DNA of 64,000 nucleotides from a virus (Duplodnaviria; Heunggongvirae; Uroviricota; Caudoviricetes): IMG/VR virus record IMGVR_UViG_3300037067_007156, positions 1 to 64,000 of that record; one strand, 5' to 3'. Shown piece by piece: positions 29,665 to 40,147 of this stretch (position 1 is its first letter; each line of letters starts with the position of its first letter). The notes under the pieces were generated by a model. It saw only the letters and a program-made list of their open reading frames with translations, ran no database searches and was not told where the DNA came from. The position numbers and the translations under genes were made by a program.

Positions 29665-30356
29665 TTCATATTCAAAATATGAATAGAATCGATTATATCG
29701 TCAAAGGGCTTGGGTATTTTTTTCATACCCAATAATATTTCTTTATTCAACTTTACATAATCAAATATGGGTGTTTGAATATTAGCATCTAACATCGCTT
29801 TTAACATATCAGATTTTTCAAAATCACCACCTTTTATTCCATATGGACTCATAGAAATTTTTGGGTCTTTTAATGTTTGCCCCTTTTTACCAATAGGAGC
29901 AGGTAAATAACCATACGTTTTTATACAAGTTTGTAACTTAACAGTATTTGGAGAATAAATATTTAAATGTGAATTTGGTACAAAAACCATAATTTTTTGT
30001 CTTATTAAAGTAGAAAACCCCACTATATCAATTAATGAATTAGTATTTTTATTATTAAAAGAATATCCTTCTATATTAGTAACTGTATCTTTATTTGGGT
30101 CTATATTTTGTAATATATCATTTAAAATTAAATCAGAAACATTTTCGAAATCTAACAATTTATTCACTTCACGTTCTGAATACGTATCAACTTCTTCATG
30201 ATATTTAATATGACGAAATAATATTATTTTATCTATCTCTTTAACCCATTTATTTTCTGGACTTGTGGTAGAATAACTGAAAATTTGAATTTTATTGTTT
30301 GATTGTAATGTCATTGCAGTAGATGTAGGTGATATATCTAATCCTATTTTATTCAT
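29661..30356 (-). CDS. Phage RuvC-like Holliday junction resolvase
   Basis: IGLDIS..ST, IEGYSF, SPNTVK, KSDM, DDIIDS catalytic pattern. Confidence 0.8.
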   Translation of the reverse strand: MNKIGLDISPTSTAMTLQSNNKIQIFSYSTTSPENKWVKEIDKIILFRHIKYHEEVDTYSEREVNKLLDFENVSDLILNDILQNIDPNKDTVTNIEGYSFNNKNTNSLIDIVGFSTLIRQKIMVFVPNSHLNIYSPNTVKLQTCIKTYGYLPAPIGKKGQTLKDPKISMSPYGIKGGDFEKSDMLKAMLDANIQTPIFDYVKLNKEILLGMKKIPKPFDDIIDSIHILNMN

Positions 30357-30365
30357 TCATATTGT

Positions 30366-30647
30366 TTATTTTTTCATTATGACACAATATGGCATGTTAC
30401 AGCGATTTATTATATCATAATATTCATTTCTTACTATATCTGGATTGATATATCTTTTAGTAGTTTTAATTTCTTCTTTAGAAACAAGAATTTTTTTCAA
30501 CATTTTATAGTTGATATCTTGTGGTATACCTTTATAGACAACTTTATCGAGTTGACTATCAAATAATAGATTCAGAATATATTCTCTTAGCTCCTTTTTT
30601 GTTTTTATAGGCTTATAAACAAGATTGTTTTGAAGTTCTATATCCAT
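30366..30647 (-). CDS. Hypothetical protein
   Basis: 93-aa ORF. Confidence 0.6.
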   Translation of the reverse strand: MDIELQNNLVYKPIKTKKELREYILNLLFDSQLDKVVYKGIPQDINYKMLKKILVSKEEIKTTKRYINPDIVRNEYYDIINRCNMPYCVIMKK

Positions 30648-30820
30648 AACAAAAATTTTCGTTTATATTCAAATACGAAAATTTTTGAATAAAATTACAA
30701 AAAAAATATCATATTTCCAAATTCATAATACTTTTTATTAGTTTTAATATATAATTATGTTGCATAATTTTTTTTAGAATATAAAAAATGGTTTATTTGT
30801 ATAAGAAAATATAATAATAT

Positions 30821-32350
30821 ATGAAATCATATAAAGCATTCATAAACGAAAATATACAGAAGGATAACATACAAAATAATGTAGATGTAAAACTTTCATA
30901 TGAAATAAAAACATTTAATATAGAATTATCTCAAAATAAACTTGCCACGTTTGATAAATTAATAAAAAATATTAAACGTTATTCCAAACAAATCGGCTTA
31001 CCAACGCCTGTTATAAAAGATTTACCTACAAAAAAATATTATATATTAACAAGTCTATCATTGGATTATGATTTAAATCGTAAAACATCATTTTATAAAG
31101 AAACCATTACTGATGATGATAAAAAGATTACCGATTTACAAATTGAATATAAAAACAAATCACCTAAAACTAATTTCCAAATAATATCAACCGAAGTTTA
31201 TCCAAAAACTATTGAAATAGTTGCTGAAATAAAACCCCAAGATGAATGGGTTATATTAGGTGTTATTGACCATATTGATGGTATAATAAAAGCTGCACCA
31301 AACCAACAAATTCCATTTGATTTAATACCTGCTGATTTACATAATTCTTGCACTTGTGACCACTGTAACACCGAGAGAACAAGAAATAAAACTGTTTATA
31401 TTAAAAATTTAAAAGATAGTAAGACTATCAGGGTGGGTGGTTCTTGTATTAAATATTATCTTGGTTATAAATATGAACATATTTTAAATTATTTATCGGA
31501 TTTACAGTTATTTGTAACCAGTTTTAATAACATGTCAAATGATATTTATGATGAATTTGAAGGTGTTTATAGTAATGGTAGTCGATATATTCAAACACAG
31601 GTAGATGTTAAAGATTGTGTTAAATATTTTTCTTGGTATGTAAAAAAACATGGTTATATATCAAAAAGTAGTGCTGAGAAAATAAATACTGAAAAACAAG
31701 AAAAATCTTTTGGTGGTGATATAGAACCTAAAATGGTTTCGTCAACTGGAAATATAGTGTCAAATACATTATCATTTGTGAATTCACCACCATCAAGAAC
31801 AAAAGAAGCTTATGATTCGTGGATGGAAGAAGTAATTAAAGTAACTGACATTATTTCAAAAGAAAATGATGATTTTTATAACAAATTAGTTCCTTTTGTT
31901 GAAACTGAATATAAAACAAATAATTTCCTTTTTAACGTACATAATTTTATAAATAATGGTGTTGTTGATTTTAAGTATATCAGTTATATAATTGGTGCTT
32001 GCTCAATGTTTCAAGGTAAGATATCTTATGAAGATTTTAAAAATAAATCAAAAGAAGAACAGAAAGAATCAAATTGGGTTGGTACAGTTGGTGAAAAAGT
32101 AAAACTTGAAAATCTAAAAATAGTTCATGTTTCAGGTTTCGAAGGTCAATGGGGTTGGACATCTATTTTCAAATTAGAAGATAAAGATGGAAATCAATTT
32201 ACAAGATTTGGTGACATACCCGATAAATTTTTAGTTTCTGGAACTGAAGTTGTAGTAGATAGTGTGGTTAGTTTTACTGCTGAAATAAAGAAACACGACA
32301 CTTATAACGATAAAAAACAAACAGTTTTAGGAAGATTGTCAAAAATATAA
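30821..32350 (+). CDS. Zn-binding and C-terminal OB-fold protein with capsid-targeting-like N-terminus
   Basis: MKSYKAFINEN; CDHC..R.R..VGGSC; C-terminal WVGTVGEKV..GQWG..FKLEDKDGN..AEIKKH..Y..KQTVL (OB-like). Confidence 0.7.
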   Translation: MKSYKAFINENIQKDNIQNNVDVKLSYEIKTFNIELSQNKLATFDKLIKNIKRYSKQIGLPTPVIKDLPTKKYYILTSLSLDYDLNRKTSFYKETITDDDKKITDLQIEYKNKSPKTNFQIISTEVYPKTIEIVAEIKPQDEWVILGVIDHIDGIIKAAPNQQIPFDLIPADLHNSCTCDHCNTERTRNKTVYIKNLKDSKTIRVGGSCIKYYLGYKYEHILNYLSDLQLFVTSFNNMSNDIYDEFEGVYSNGSRYIQTQVDVKDCVKYFSWYVKKHGYISKSSAEKINTEKQEKSFGGDIEPKMVSSTGNIVSNTLSFVNSPPSRTKEAYDSWMEEVIKVTDIISKENDDFYNKLVPFVETEYKTNNFLFNVHNFINNGVVDFKYISYIIGACSMFQGKISYEDFKNKSKEEQKESNWVGTVGEKVKLENLKIVHVSGFEGQWGWTSIFKLEDKDGNQFTRFGDIPDKFLVSGTEVVVDSVVSFTAEIKKHDTYNDKKQTVLGRLSKI

Positions 32351-32353
32351 TAT

Positions 32354-32746
32354 TTATTCATCAAATAATTTTTTTATTTTCCATTTTCGTAAATTAGCAT
32401 TTGAAATATTATATTCCACTCTAAGCTTTTTTGTATCATAACCTTCAAAAAAAATACTAATATTAAATAAAGTCACTCTATCTTTAAAATATCGAATATC
32501 CTCATATGTTTTTCCTTTCATTATAACGGTGTTTGGATGAGCAAGTAATTCATCGTAATCTCTGAAAGTATTTTCAAGTTTTTTTATAAATTTTAAATAA
32601 TACCATCTTTCAAATTTGAAGTTACACACACTTGCAGCTTCAATAACACGAGTAAATCCGATATGACCGTCTGTTGAACTATTTTTATCAACAAAACATA
32701 AAAAATTATCATTATACGTAATGATTGTATAATATTTATTCATCAA
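32354..32746 (-). CDS. Paralogous small protein (RKWKI tag)
   Basis: YY.I..YND.F.CFV N-terminus; ends LRKWKIKKLFDE. Confidence 0.7.
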   Translation of the reverse strand: MMNKYYTIITYNDNFLCFVDKNSSTDGHIGFTRVIEAASVCNFKFERWYYLKFIKKLENTFRDYDELLAHPNTVIMKGKTYEDIRYFKDRVTLFNISIFFEGYDTKKLRVEYNISNANLRKWKIKKLFDE

Positions 32747-33044
32747 ATAATTTTTTTATTTTCCATTTTCGTATTTCACTGCTTGTTAAAATTTTTGTTT
32801 TAAAACTACCAGATTCTAATAGTTTGAAATCCGTTTCAGATATATTACTTTTAACTTGTTTTAATGTTCCGTGTAAACTTTGAATACCTATTAACGATAC
32901 TATATAATTAAAAACTTCTTTATGTTCACTATAACCAGCTTCTTTGAAATCATAAGTGAATTTTATACATTCGCCACTAATATTCTCCAAATAACATATA
33001 AAATTATTTTCATAACTATAAAATATCAGATAATAAGTGCTCAT
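32736..33044 (-). CDS. Paralogous small protein (RKWKI tag)
   Basis: Ends IRKWKIKKLFDE; ~46-nt 3' end identical to the previous gene. Confidence 0.7.
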   Translation of the reverse strand: MSTYYLIFYSYENNFICYLENISGECIKFTYDFKEAGYSEHKEVFNYIVSLIGIQSLHGTLKQVKSNISETDFKLLESGSFKTKILTSSEIRKWKIKKLFDE

Positions 33045-33346
33045 AATTTATCTAAGATATCTAAAATTTTATTTTTTCGTTCTTGGTATAAATTCTTAAT
33101 CATAAATTTAAAATTTTCAGGATTAAAATTATCAAATCTTTCAATACAAATAGTCACAAATTCATCGCTTAATGGTTTATAAATTTTAAAATCAATTTCT
33201 ATATCTAATTTGACAGCTTTAGCTTTTTCAATGATATCATATTTAGGTACGTCAGAAAGATGTTGAGATATTTTAATATTTCTCATATTATAACTATTAA
33301 CAAAACCAAAAAATTCATCATTATAATATATAGCAATGTAATACAT
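33041..33346 (-). CDS. Paralogous small protein (RKxKI tag)
   Basis: MYYIAIYYNDEFFGFV; ends ERKNKILDILDKL. Confidence 0.7.
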   Translation of the reverse strand: MYYIAIYYNDEFFGFVNSYNMRNIKISQHLSDVPKYDIIEKAKAVKLDIEIDFKIYKPLSDEFVTICIERFDNFNPENFKFMIKNLYQERKNKILDILDKL

Positions 33347-33371
33347 AATATAATATATTTAAATATACATT

Positions 33372-33738
33372 TTATATGTCATCATTGAATAATTGTTGTA
33401 GTTTTAATTTTCTTATTTCATTATATGAAATCATTTTAATATAAACTGAACCGATATCATATTTTAATACAGTTTTTACAAAAATATCCTCATAATAATT
33501 TTTTTCAATACTCTTCCAAAGATTTTTAGTGTCGATTCCTAATAAATCTCTCTTAAATCTCTCTTAAATCTCTCTTTAATACTTCATAATGTATGAGCAT
33601 ACTTGGGTGTGTTTCTATGTTACCATTATAAGCGTCAGCTAAATTGAATGTGATACTATATTTATAATTATTAATTATTTTAACCAGTCCGAATAATTTT
33701 TCATTGTTAAAAGTTCCTATAAATTTATTATTTTTCAT
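33372..33738 (-). pseudogene. Paralogous small protein disrupted by an 11-nt triplication
   Basis: TAAATCTCTCT x3 at 33543-33575; with one copy the frame continues to ...EIRKLKLQQLFNDDI*. Confidence 0.8.
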
Positions 33739-33821
33739 ACACCAAATGTAATATTTTATTTTTAGATGTTATAAATTTTAATATATAAAAGAAATTCTAA
33801 AAAATAATACTTTCAAGCTTA

Positions 33822-36800
33822 GTGAAGAATCTCAGATTTTACAATAAAGAAGGATACCCATATAACTTTCAATATAATACCGACAGTGATAAATGGGAAG
33901 GTAAAATATTATTTGACCCAAATAGTAGCGATTTATATAAAACTATTGGCATCTATTTATTTGAACATGTAGAACCAATATCTTTTGCTGAATATTTTAA
34001 TTTTAATAAATTCGAGTTGTATAATGATAGTGGTATAATTTTAAAAGGTTCAACTAAACAAGGATTGGATATTGAAAGTATTAAAAAATCAAATAATTCA
34101 TCAGCATTCAGAACTAAATGGATAAAAGGTAAAGGGTTTCATCAATTATTCCCTGAAGGTACAGTGATTCGTTTTGTATTAAGTGGCGCAAACTATACAG
34201 ATTTTGCTGATTCATTATATTTTAATGTTTTAGAAACAAGAAGAAATGAAATTTTAGTGCAGACAACAACCACTAATGATATGTTCATTTCATTTTCTTA
34301 TATATCTGGTAAGATTTATAGTTGTGATGTAATAAAATATCCAGATTATAATCAAGGATATAGTGCTTATTTCGCATCAAAAATATATGTTGGAAAACAA
34401 TTATCGATAATAAATTCTGATAAAAATTCGGGTGTTGTTGAAGTTTCTGACCGTGAAATTTTAAAAAGAAATATTTATGATTATCAAATATCTGGAACAA
34501 CAAACAATAAATTGAATTTAGAAATAACATTATTAACTGATAGAATATTACTACATAGTGGTTTGGTTACTGTTAATGGAAATAAATTCACATTCAACGA
34601 ACCATTTGGAAATTCTTTTAATATTGGACAAAATATAATATTTGAAGATTATAATGGTGAACAATTATTAAACGGTTATCAATATACAATTAATAATATT
34701 TATAATAATGTAACCGTCAATACGGGTATTGCCTTAGAATTTTATGAATATTATGATGAAAATGCAACAGATGAAACCGAATATTATGTTAGAACTACAT
34801 CCACCCTCGGTGTATCGTTAGTTGCAAATGATATAATTTATTTTGATGGAACTGGTTCTTTAAATCTTAAAAAAGATTTTAAGGTTTTAGATACTTATAT
34901 CGAAGATGGTTATACATATATTCAATTAGAACAATATGTACATGAAGAAAATGTTACAAACATATCTATTATTAAACGTTTAAGATTTTATGAATACAAC
35001 ACGTTTGATGCAACCGGAACAGCACAATACCAATCGATTTCTGGAAATTGTTTCTTAACCACGAATATATTGAATTATAAACAAAATATTTTACCAGCAG
35101 CCTCTGGTTATTCATCATATTATGAAACAATAAATGCTTTTGTTGAAAATTATAATAATGATTTAAATAAATTGGGAATTAATTCTTATTTATTGAATGA
35201 AAAGTTGTTTATTGAAGGATTGTATGATTATAGTTATTCGCCATATTTTACAGCAACTTTATATTTAGAAGAAAGTGGGCTAACTGTAAGTACAATACCA
35301 AACCAAAACACATATTCAGTTTCAAATGTTTCAGATATTCATTATATTTTCACTGAAGAAAAATTATATAATGAAAAGATTTATTTATATGAAACTGGTA
35401 AATTATCAAAAAATTATTATGAAGAAATTCTTTTCGATTTAGAAAATGATATATTAGATTATGGTTTCTGTCTTACATTAAATGATGTTGAATATTTTAT
35501 TAATTTCAACGATAATACTGGTACAACTAATAAAACTCAAGAAACTGTTAAAGATTTTGTAGACAAATATTACACAGCTTTACATAGTAAAGGTATTGAA
35601 GTATACACGGGTTCAACTATTGACAACAAATTATATGTCGAAACATTATACTCAGATATCGCAATAACAAGTTTAAAAGTGAAAGTTAATTTATTTTCTA
35701 CATATGAAATATTGTATCAAACAGAAAATGAATCGAGAACAGAAGGTATTATCATATCAGGAAATCAATTAGATGTGGTGGGTACTACTGATTTATATTC
35801 TACTGGTTTATCGACTGGTATGATAATAAGTGTTTCAGGTAGTTCTTATAATGAAAATGAAAAGGAATATAATATACTTGGATTATCTCAAACGTCAATA
35901 CAACTATCATATCAGGGGGCATTTTTCGATGAAAATAATGTAATTTTGGATATAGATTCAAGAGAATATATTCGTAAGCCAAGATTATCTTATGATAAAG
36001 ATATATATTTTAGATTATCTTGGATATCATCTGATGAACATTCTATCGATGAATCGATATTTTTTTATGATATATCTGGTGACCAATTACAACCACCAAC
36101 AGATTCTGCTGGTAATTATATTGAAAAATTACGTTATATTGGTCAAACACCACTTTGGGATTATAGACAACAAAATGTTATCAGGTTAAATAAAGAACCT
36201 AATACAAAATTAGAACATATATCTAATCCAAAATATCAACAAACAATATTTTCTGAATTAAATTTTTTATTACCACAATTGGACTCAGATGATGAATTTA
36301 ATTATTTACCAAAACCTTTTGAAATATTTATAGGTTACAACTCACCAAATGAAGGGGTGAATTATAATATAATGAAACTTGAAAAAGTGGAAACTATTAT
36401 TTTCAGTGGCACAACTGGTGTTTTAGATAATTATTTTATTTTTAATACTGATGGAACGATTGAATATAAATCTAATTTATTTGATGGTTTTATTAATTTA
36501 GGTTTCGAAGTAGGACAACCAATATTAATAACATTAACGGATACAAATCCATATGACCAAACAATATTTAAAAATTATGAAACTTATACAATCACCAGTG
36601 TCACAAAAAATAAAATAACAGTTAATATTGATAATATTGAAGGTAATTTTGAATATTTTAATTCTTCCGGTAAAACTTACAATTTTTCAGTTAGTGTCCA
36701 ACCGAAAGAAATAGGACAATTTTCAATATATGGTGAAACTGAAATTGAAGATGAACGTTTTGATATTAATTTAAAAAACTTGGGTATCAGAATTAATAAA

Positions 36801-37826
36801 GAAGAAGAAATGATATTTAAGGATTCAGATATTGAAGAAAATGGAATTGATTATACGTTATTAAATCAGAAAAGAAAAGAAATGCTAATAATGTATCCTC
36901 AAATTTATAATTACATAGGTGCTTATAAATCACTAATGGGTGCTATTAATTTCTTTGGTTATAATGATTTATCAGTCTATGAATATTATAAGAATGTAAA
37001 TTCAAGTTCGCCATTTTATAAAAAGTATATGAGAATACATATACCAGATATTTTTGATACTACAATAGACGGTTGGAATGAAGTGGATTTTATAAAGAAC
37101 AAAGGTAATAGAAACAATTATGTTAAAACTAACCTTTTCAATCTAACTTATCAAATAACTGATGAAGATGGTTATAACCTGAGTTTATATTCATTAAAAG
37201 AAGTTCAAATAAAACTTCAAAAATTGAAATTGTGGTTAAGAGAAAATATTATACCTCTTTCATCTAACATAGTTGATATAACTGGGTCAGGTAAAATACC
37301 AGCTTCAAATTATTTGGTTCATGATACTTCTAACCAAGTTACAAAATTCCGAACTGAAAAAACTGGTGTTGTAATAAATTTCAATTACATAACAACTTTA
37401 AATTTTAGTACAAACTATTTATTTACAATACATTTTTATACAATTACAGGTTTCGTACCTGACCATTTTGAATTAATTATTAAAACATTCTCAAAAGATT
37501 CCAATGGTAAATTAATACCAGTTCAATATTTTAAAGTATTTAAAACCGACCTTGAACCTTTTAATTTTAATATCGATAAAAATATTGACCCATATATTTA
37601 TATAGAAACTGCTTATTATGGCGATTATGGCGTTGGTTATAGGAATACTGAATTATTTAATTTTGATGAACCAAAAAATTATTATTTAATTAATAATAAT
37701 TTCCGTTATAAATATTACCCAAGAATTGGAACAAATGAGGGTTATTATATTATAGAAGATGATGGTAGTCTTTGGATTGTGGAAGAATACAGTAGTAGTA
37801 CAAGTAATAGTGGTACAACCAGCTAA
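33822..37826 (+). CDS. Large virion structural protein (baseplate/tail-associated, probable)
   Basis: 1334 aa; beta-rich N/Y/S/T composition; late-type motif at 33776. Confidence 0.6.
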   Translation: MKNLRFYNKEGYPYNFQYNTDSDKWEGKILFDPNSSDLYKTIGIYLFEHVEPISFAEYFNFNKFELYNDSGIILKGSTKQGLDIESIKKSNNSSAFRTKWIKGKGFHQLFPEGTVIRFVLSGANYTDFADSLYFNVLETRRNEILVQTTTTNDMFISFSYISGKIYSCDVIKYPDYNQGYSAYFASKIYVGKQLSIINSDKNSGVVEVSDREILKRNIYDYQISGTTNNKLNLEITLLTDRILLHSGLVTVNGNKFTFNEPFGNSFNIGQNIIFEDYNGEQLLNGYQYTINNIYNNVTVNTGIALEFYEYYDENATDETEYYVRTTSTLGVSLVANDIIYFDGTGSLNLKKDFKVLDTYIEDGYTYIQLEQYVHEENVTNISIIKRLRFYEYNTFDATGTAQYQSISGNCFLTTNILNYKQNILPAASGYSSYYETINAFVENYNNDLNKLGINSYLLNEKLFIEGLYDYSYSPYFTATLYLEESGLTVSTIPNQNTYSVSNVSDIHYIFTEEKLYNEKIYLYETGKLSKNYYEEILFDLENDILDYGFCLTLNDVEYFINFNDNTGTTNKTQETVKDFVDKYYTALHSKGIEVYTGSTIDNKLYVETLYSDIAITSLKVKVNLFSTYEILYQTENESRTEGIIISGNQLDVVGTTDLYSTGLSTGMIISVSGSSYNENEKEYNILGLSQTSIQLSYQGAFFDENNVILDIDSREYIRKPRLSYDKDIYFRLSWISSDEHSIDESIFFYDISGDQLQPPTDSAGNYIEKLRYIGQTPLWDYRQQNVIRLNKEPNTKLEHISNPKYQQTIFSELNFLLPQLDSDDEFNYLPKPFEIFIGYNSPNEGVNYNIMKLEKVETIIFSGTTGVLDNYFIFNTDGTIEYKSNLFDGFINLGFEVGQPILITLTDTNPYDQTIFKNYETYTITSVTKNKITVNIDNIEGNFEYFNSSGKTYNFSVSVQPKEIGQFSIYGETEIEDERFDINLKNLGIRINKEEEMIFKDSDIEENGIDYTLLNQKRKEMLIMYPQIYNYIGAYKSLMGAINFFGYNDLSVYEYYKNVNSSSPFYKKYMRIHIPDIFDTTIDGWNEVDFIKNKGNRNNYVKTNLFNLTYQITDEDGYNLSLYSLKEVQIKLQKLKLWLRENIIPLSSNIVDITGSGKIPASNYLVHDTSNQVTKFRTEKTGVVINFNYITTLNFSTNYLFTIHFYTITGFVPDHFELIIKTFSKDSNGKLIPVQYFKVFKTDLEPFNFNIDKNIDPYIYIETAYYGDYGVGYRNTELFNFDEPKNYYLINNNFRYKYYPRIGTNEGYYIIEDDGSLWIVEEYSSSTSNSGTTS

Positions 37827-38058
37827 AAACATATAAATAATTATTTTAATTTGTAAATACGGGATGATTTCTTTTATGTTTCATATGCAGAATATGTTGA
37901 TATTTTACATGTCGGTAACTGTCATATAATAAACTTAATGGTATTGTTCCTGTAATTCCAATTAAACATATTGTCGCAATGGGTATCGATACTAATATAC
38001 CAATTTCTTTAAAAACAGGTTTTTCAGGCACTAAATCATCTACATGAATATAATCGCC

Positions 38059-39479
38059 ATGAACTACCACTAAACTAAAAGAATTAGTGGTTTCAAGAAA
38101 CTAAAAAGTTTCTATCTCTTTAAGTGCTTCACAGACTGTGCTTAATAAATTAAGTCTTATTTCATCTCCACACCCGTAATCAGTCGTTCCAACTGATGTA
38201 TTTAATCTTAAACCTTCATCTAAGATATTTTTTGCTGCGTTTAAATCTCTATCAATTAAAGTATTACAAGAAGGACAAACCCAGTTTCTATCATTTAAAG
38301 TTAAGTTATGATTAATATAACCACAACAATTACATGTTTTACTGGAAGGAAAAAATCTATTAATTTTTATGATTTTTTTGTCATTCCATTCAGCTTTATA
38401 ACTTAATATTTCAACGAATTTACTCCAAGAAACGTCTAAAATAGCTTTATTTAAAGCAGATTTAGCTGACTGTCCGTTAGGTAAATATCTACCATTTTCA
38501 TCTTGTTTTGGCTTACACCTTGATGACAATCCTTTGACATTTAAATCTTCCAGATAAATTTCATCATAATTATCAATCAACATTTTTGTTGTCTTGTGTA
38601 GCAAGTCATTCCTTGAATTTGATATTTTTTCATAAATCTTTCCTACTTTTAACCTTTGTTTCTTATAACTAACAGAACCTTTTTCTTTTCTTGACAAAGA
38701 TTTTTGACTTTGAACTAAATTCTTTTCATATTTTTTAACAAACCTGTGATTTTTGATTTTCAAACCGTCAGACGTTATTAAAAAATCTTTTATTCCTAAG
38801 TCGATTCCTACTTTTTTATTTGTTTTTTGTGCTGATATGTATTCTCTTTCAACCAATATTGATACAAAATACTTACCAGTTGGTGTTTTTGTTATGCTAC
38901 ATTTTTTAATTAAACCTTCAACTTTTCTCTCACAAATCATTTTTATACCTGCATTAAATTTTGGTATAATCAATTCATTTTTAGATATTTTAACACTCTG
39001 AGGAACAGTAAATGTGTTTTTATCACGTTTTGACTTAAATTTTGGAAATTTTGATTTTTTATTAAAGAAATTTTGATAAGACTGGTCTAAACATTTTAAA
39101 GCGTACTGTAAAGTTTGTGCATTTATTTCTTTTAACCAAACCGTTTTATCTTCTTTCTTTAACTGTGTTAGAAATGCTGCTTGTTTATTATATGTTATTG
39201 ATTTCTTGTTATTTAAATATTCATCTTTTCTTTGGTTTAAAAAATAATTAAATATAAATCTTGTCGAACCGAAATGTTTACTGAGAAGAATTTTTTGTTC
39301 TTCGTTTGGCTGCAACCTAAATTTATATGTATATTTTATTATTTTCAAATAAAAAATATTTTTCTTTTGATATATAGTATATATTTTAAGTAAAGTTTTA
39401 TAATTTTTAAACTATTTTTACTAATTTTTAAATTCAGCCATAAAACTGAAGATTTAGTGGTTTTTCTTTCACTAAAATT
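38059..39479 (-). mobile_element. Non-autonomous IS200/IS605-family element (tnpB only)
   Basis: Related subterminal hairpin sequences at both ends (AAACCACTAA..., ~38061-38095 and ~39438-39466); TTTAT immediately before the left end; right end GTAGTTCAT. Confidence 0.85.
38101..39348 (-). CDS. tnpB: RNA-guided endonuclease TnpB
   Basis: HTH YKFRLQPN..Q; RuvC I GIDLG, RuvC II LEDL, Zn finger CNCC/CPSC, RuvC III DRDLNAAKN all intact. Confidence 0.95.
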   Translation of the reverse strand: MKIIKYTYKFRLQPNEEQKILLSKHFGSTRFIFNYFLNQRKDEYLNNKKSITYNKQAAFLTQLKKEDKTVWLKEINAQTLQYALKCLDQSYQNFFNKKSKFPKFKSKRDKNTFTVPQSVKISKNELIIPKFNAGIKMICERKVEGLIKKCSITKTPTGKYFVSILVEREYISAQKTNKKVGIDLGIKDFLITSDGLKIKNHRFVKKYEKNLVQSQKSLSRKEKGSVSYKKQRLKVGKIYEKISNSRNDLLHKTTKMLIDNYDEIYLEDLNVKGLSSRCKPKQDENGRYLPNGQSAKSALNKAILDVSWSKFVEILSYKAEWNDKKIIKINRFFPSSKTCNCCGYINHNLTLNDRNWVCPSCNTLIDRDLNAAKNILDEGLRLNTSVGTTDYGCGDEIRLNLLSTVCEALKEIETF

Positions 39480-39515
39480 ATAAATAAGCATTTTAGTATA
39501 TTTCATTATTTTTTT

Positions 39516-40001
39516 TTAATATTTATTTTCTCTCAATATCTTTCTAACATCCATCAAAACTTTTCCGAGTAAGTTCTGACCTTTCCATTTTGTTTCATCA
39601 TGAATATCTGGATTGTTTTCATCCATCCCTATTCCCCAAATATTATCTCTTGGATTCACTTCGACTAATATTTTATCACCAGTATCCAATAATTTTGTTT
39701 TTAATTCTTCGTTTTGACTGTATTTAAGAAGATTTGCTTCATACATAATATCATATCTAATTGTTGACCATTCTTCATCATTATAATTCTTAACTTTTCT
39801 ACCAAGAGCTTTAGCTTCATAAGGAATTGATGTTTTGAGTATTTCATCAGCTATTTCGAAATCTTCGAAAAATAATGCTTTGTGGTACATGAACATTTGT
39901 TCGGTGTTATTAAATGTATGTTTACCAGATTTTATAGTACAAAATTTAAAATTACTTAACCATTCTTTTAAAAAGAAAATATGTGTGTCTGTTACTTTCA
40001 T
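39516..40001 (-). CDS. NADAR family protein (YbiA-like)
   Basis: WLSNF, EQMFMYHKA..F.D, KALGRKV, KYSQN..L...LL.TG, LVE..P.DNIWGIG, GQNLLGKVLM.VR. Confidence 0.93.
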   Translation of the reverse strand: MKVTDTHIFFLKEWLSNFKFCTIKSGKHTFNNTEQMFMYHKALFFEDFEIADEILKTSIPYEAKALGRKVKNYNDEEWSTIRYDIMYEANLLKYSQNEELKTKLLDTGDKILVEVNPRDNIWGIGMDENNPDIHDETKWKGQNLLGKVLMDVRKILRENKY

Positions 40002-40147
40002 GAAAAATGTTTTTAATTATTATACATTATATTAATATTAAAAAATAAGTTTTAAATTTTTTTAAAAATATTTTCAATATTTAGAATGATATGAATGAAA
40101 ACAAATATCATTTTTTATTATATATGTTAAAAATAAATAATATTAAA

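Larger units (their letters stand above)
37846..39506 (-). pseudogene. 79-aa membrane protein gene interrupted by an IS element
   Basis: 39506-39480 (MKYTKMLIY) joins in frame to 38058-37846 (GDYIHVDD...FTN*) when 38059-39479 is removed. Confidence 0.75.

Noticed and set aside
29661-30356. RuvC-fold protein as a CRISPR effector
   Set aside because: Compact stand-alone resolvase pattern, with no recognisable RNA-binding lobe and not beside an array.
37610-37628. TGCTTATTATGGCGATTAT resembles the IS empty site TGCTTATTTATGGCGATTAT
   Set aside because: The TAM would be ATTAT and the guide match only 9 nt; most likely chance in AT-rich coding DNA.
38101-39348. TnpB as a Cas12f-like effector for the arrays
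   Set aside because: It lies inside its own IS ends with a flank-derived guide and has no adjacent array.
39349-39479. IStron (group I intron) explaining the in-gene insertion
   Set aside because: Only about 130 AT-rich nt precede tnpB, too short for a group I core.
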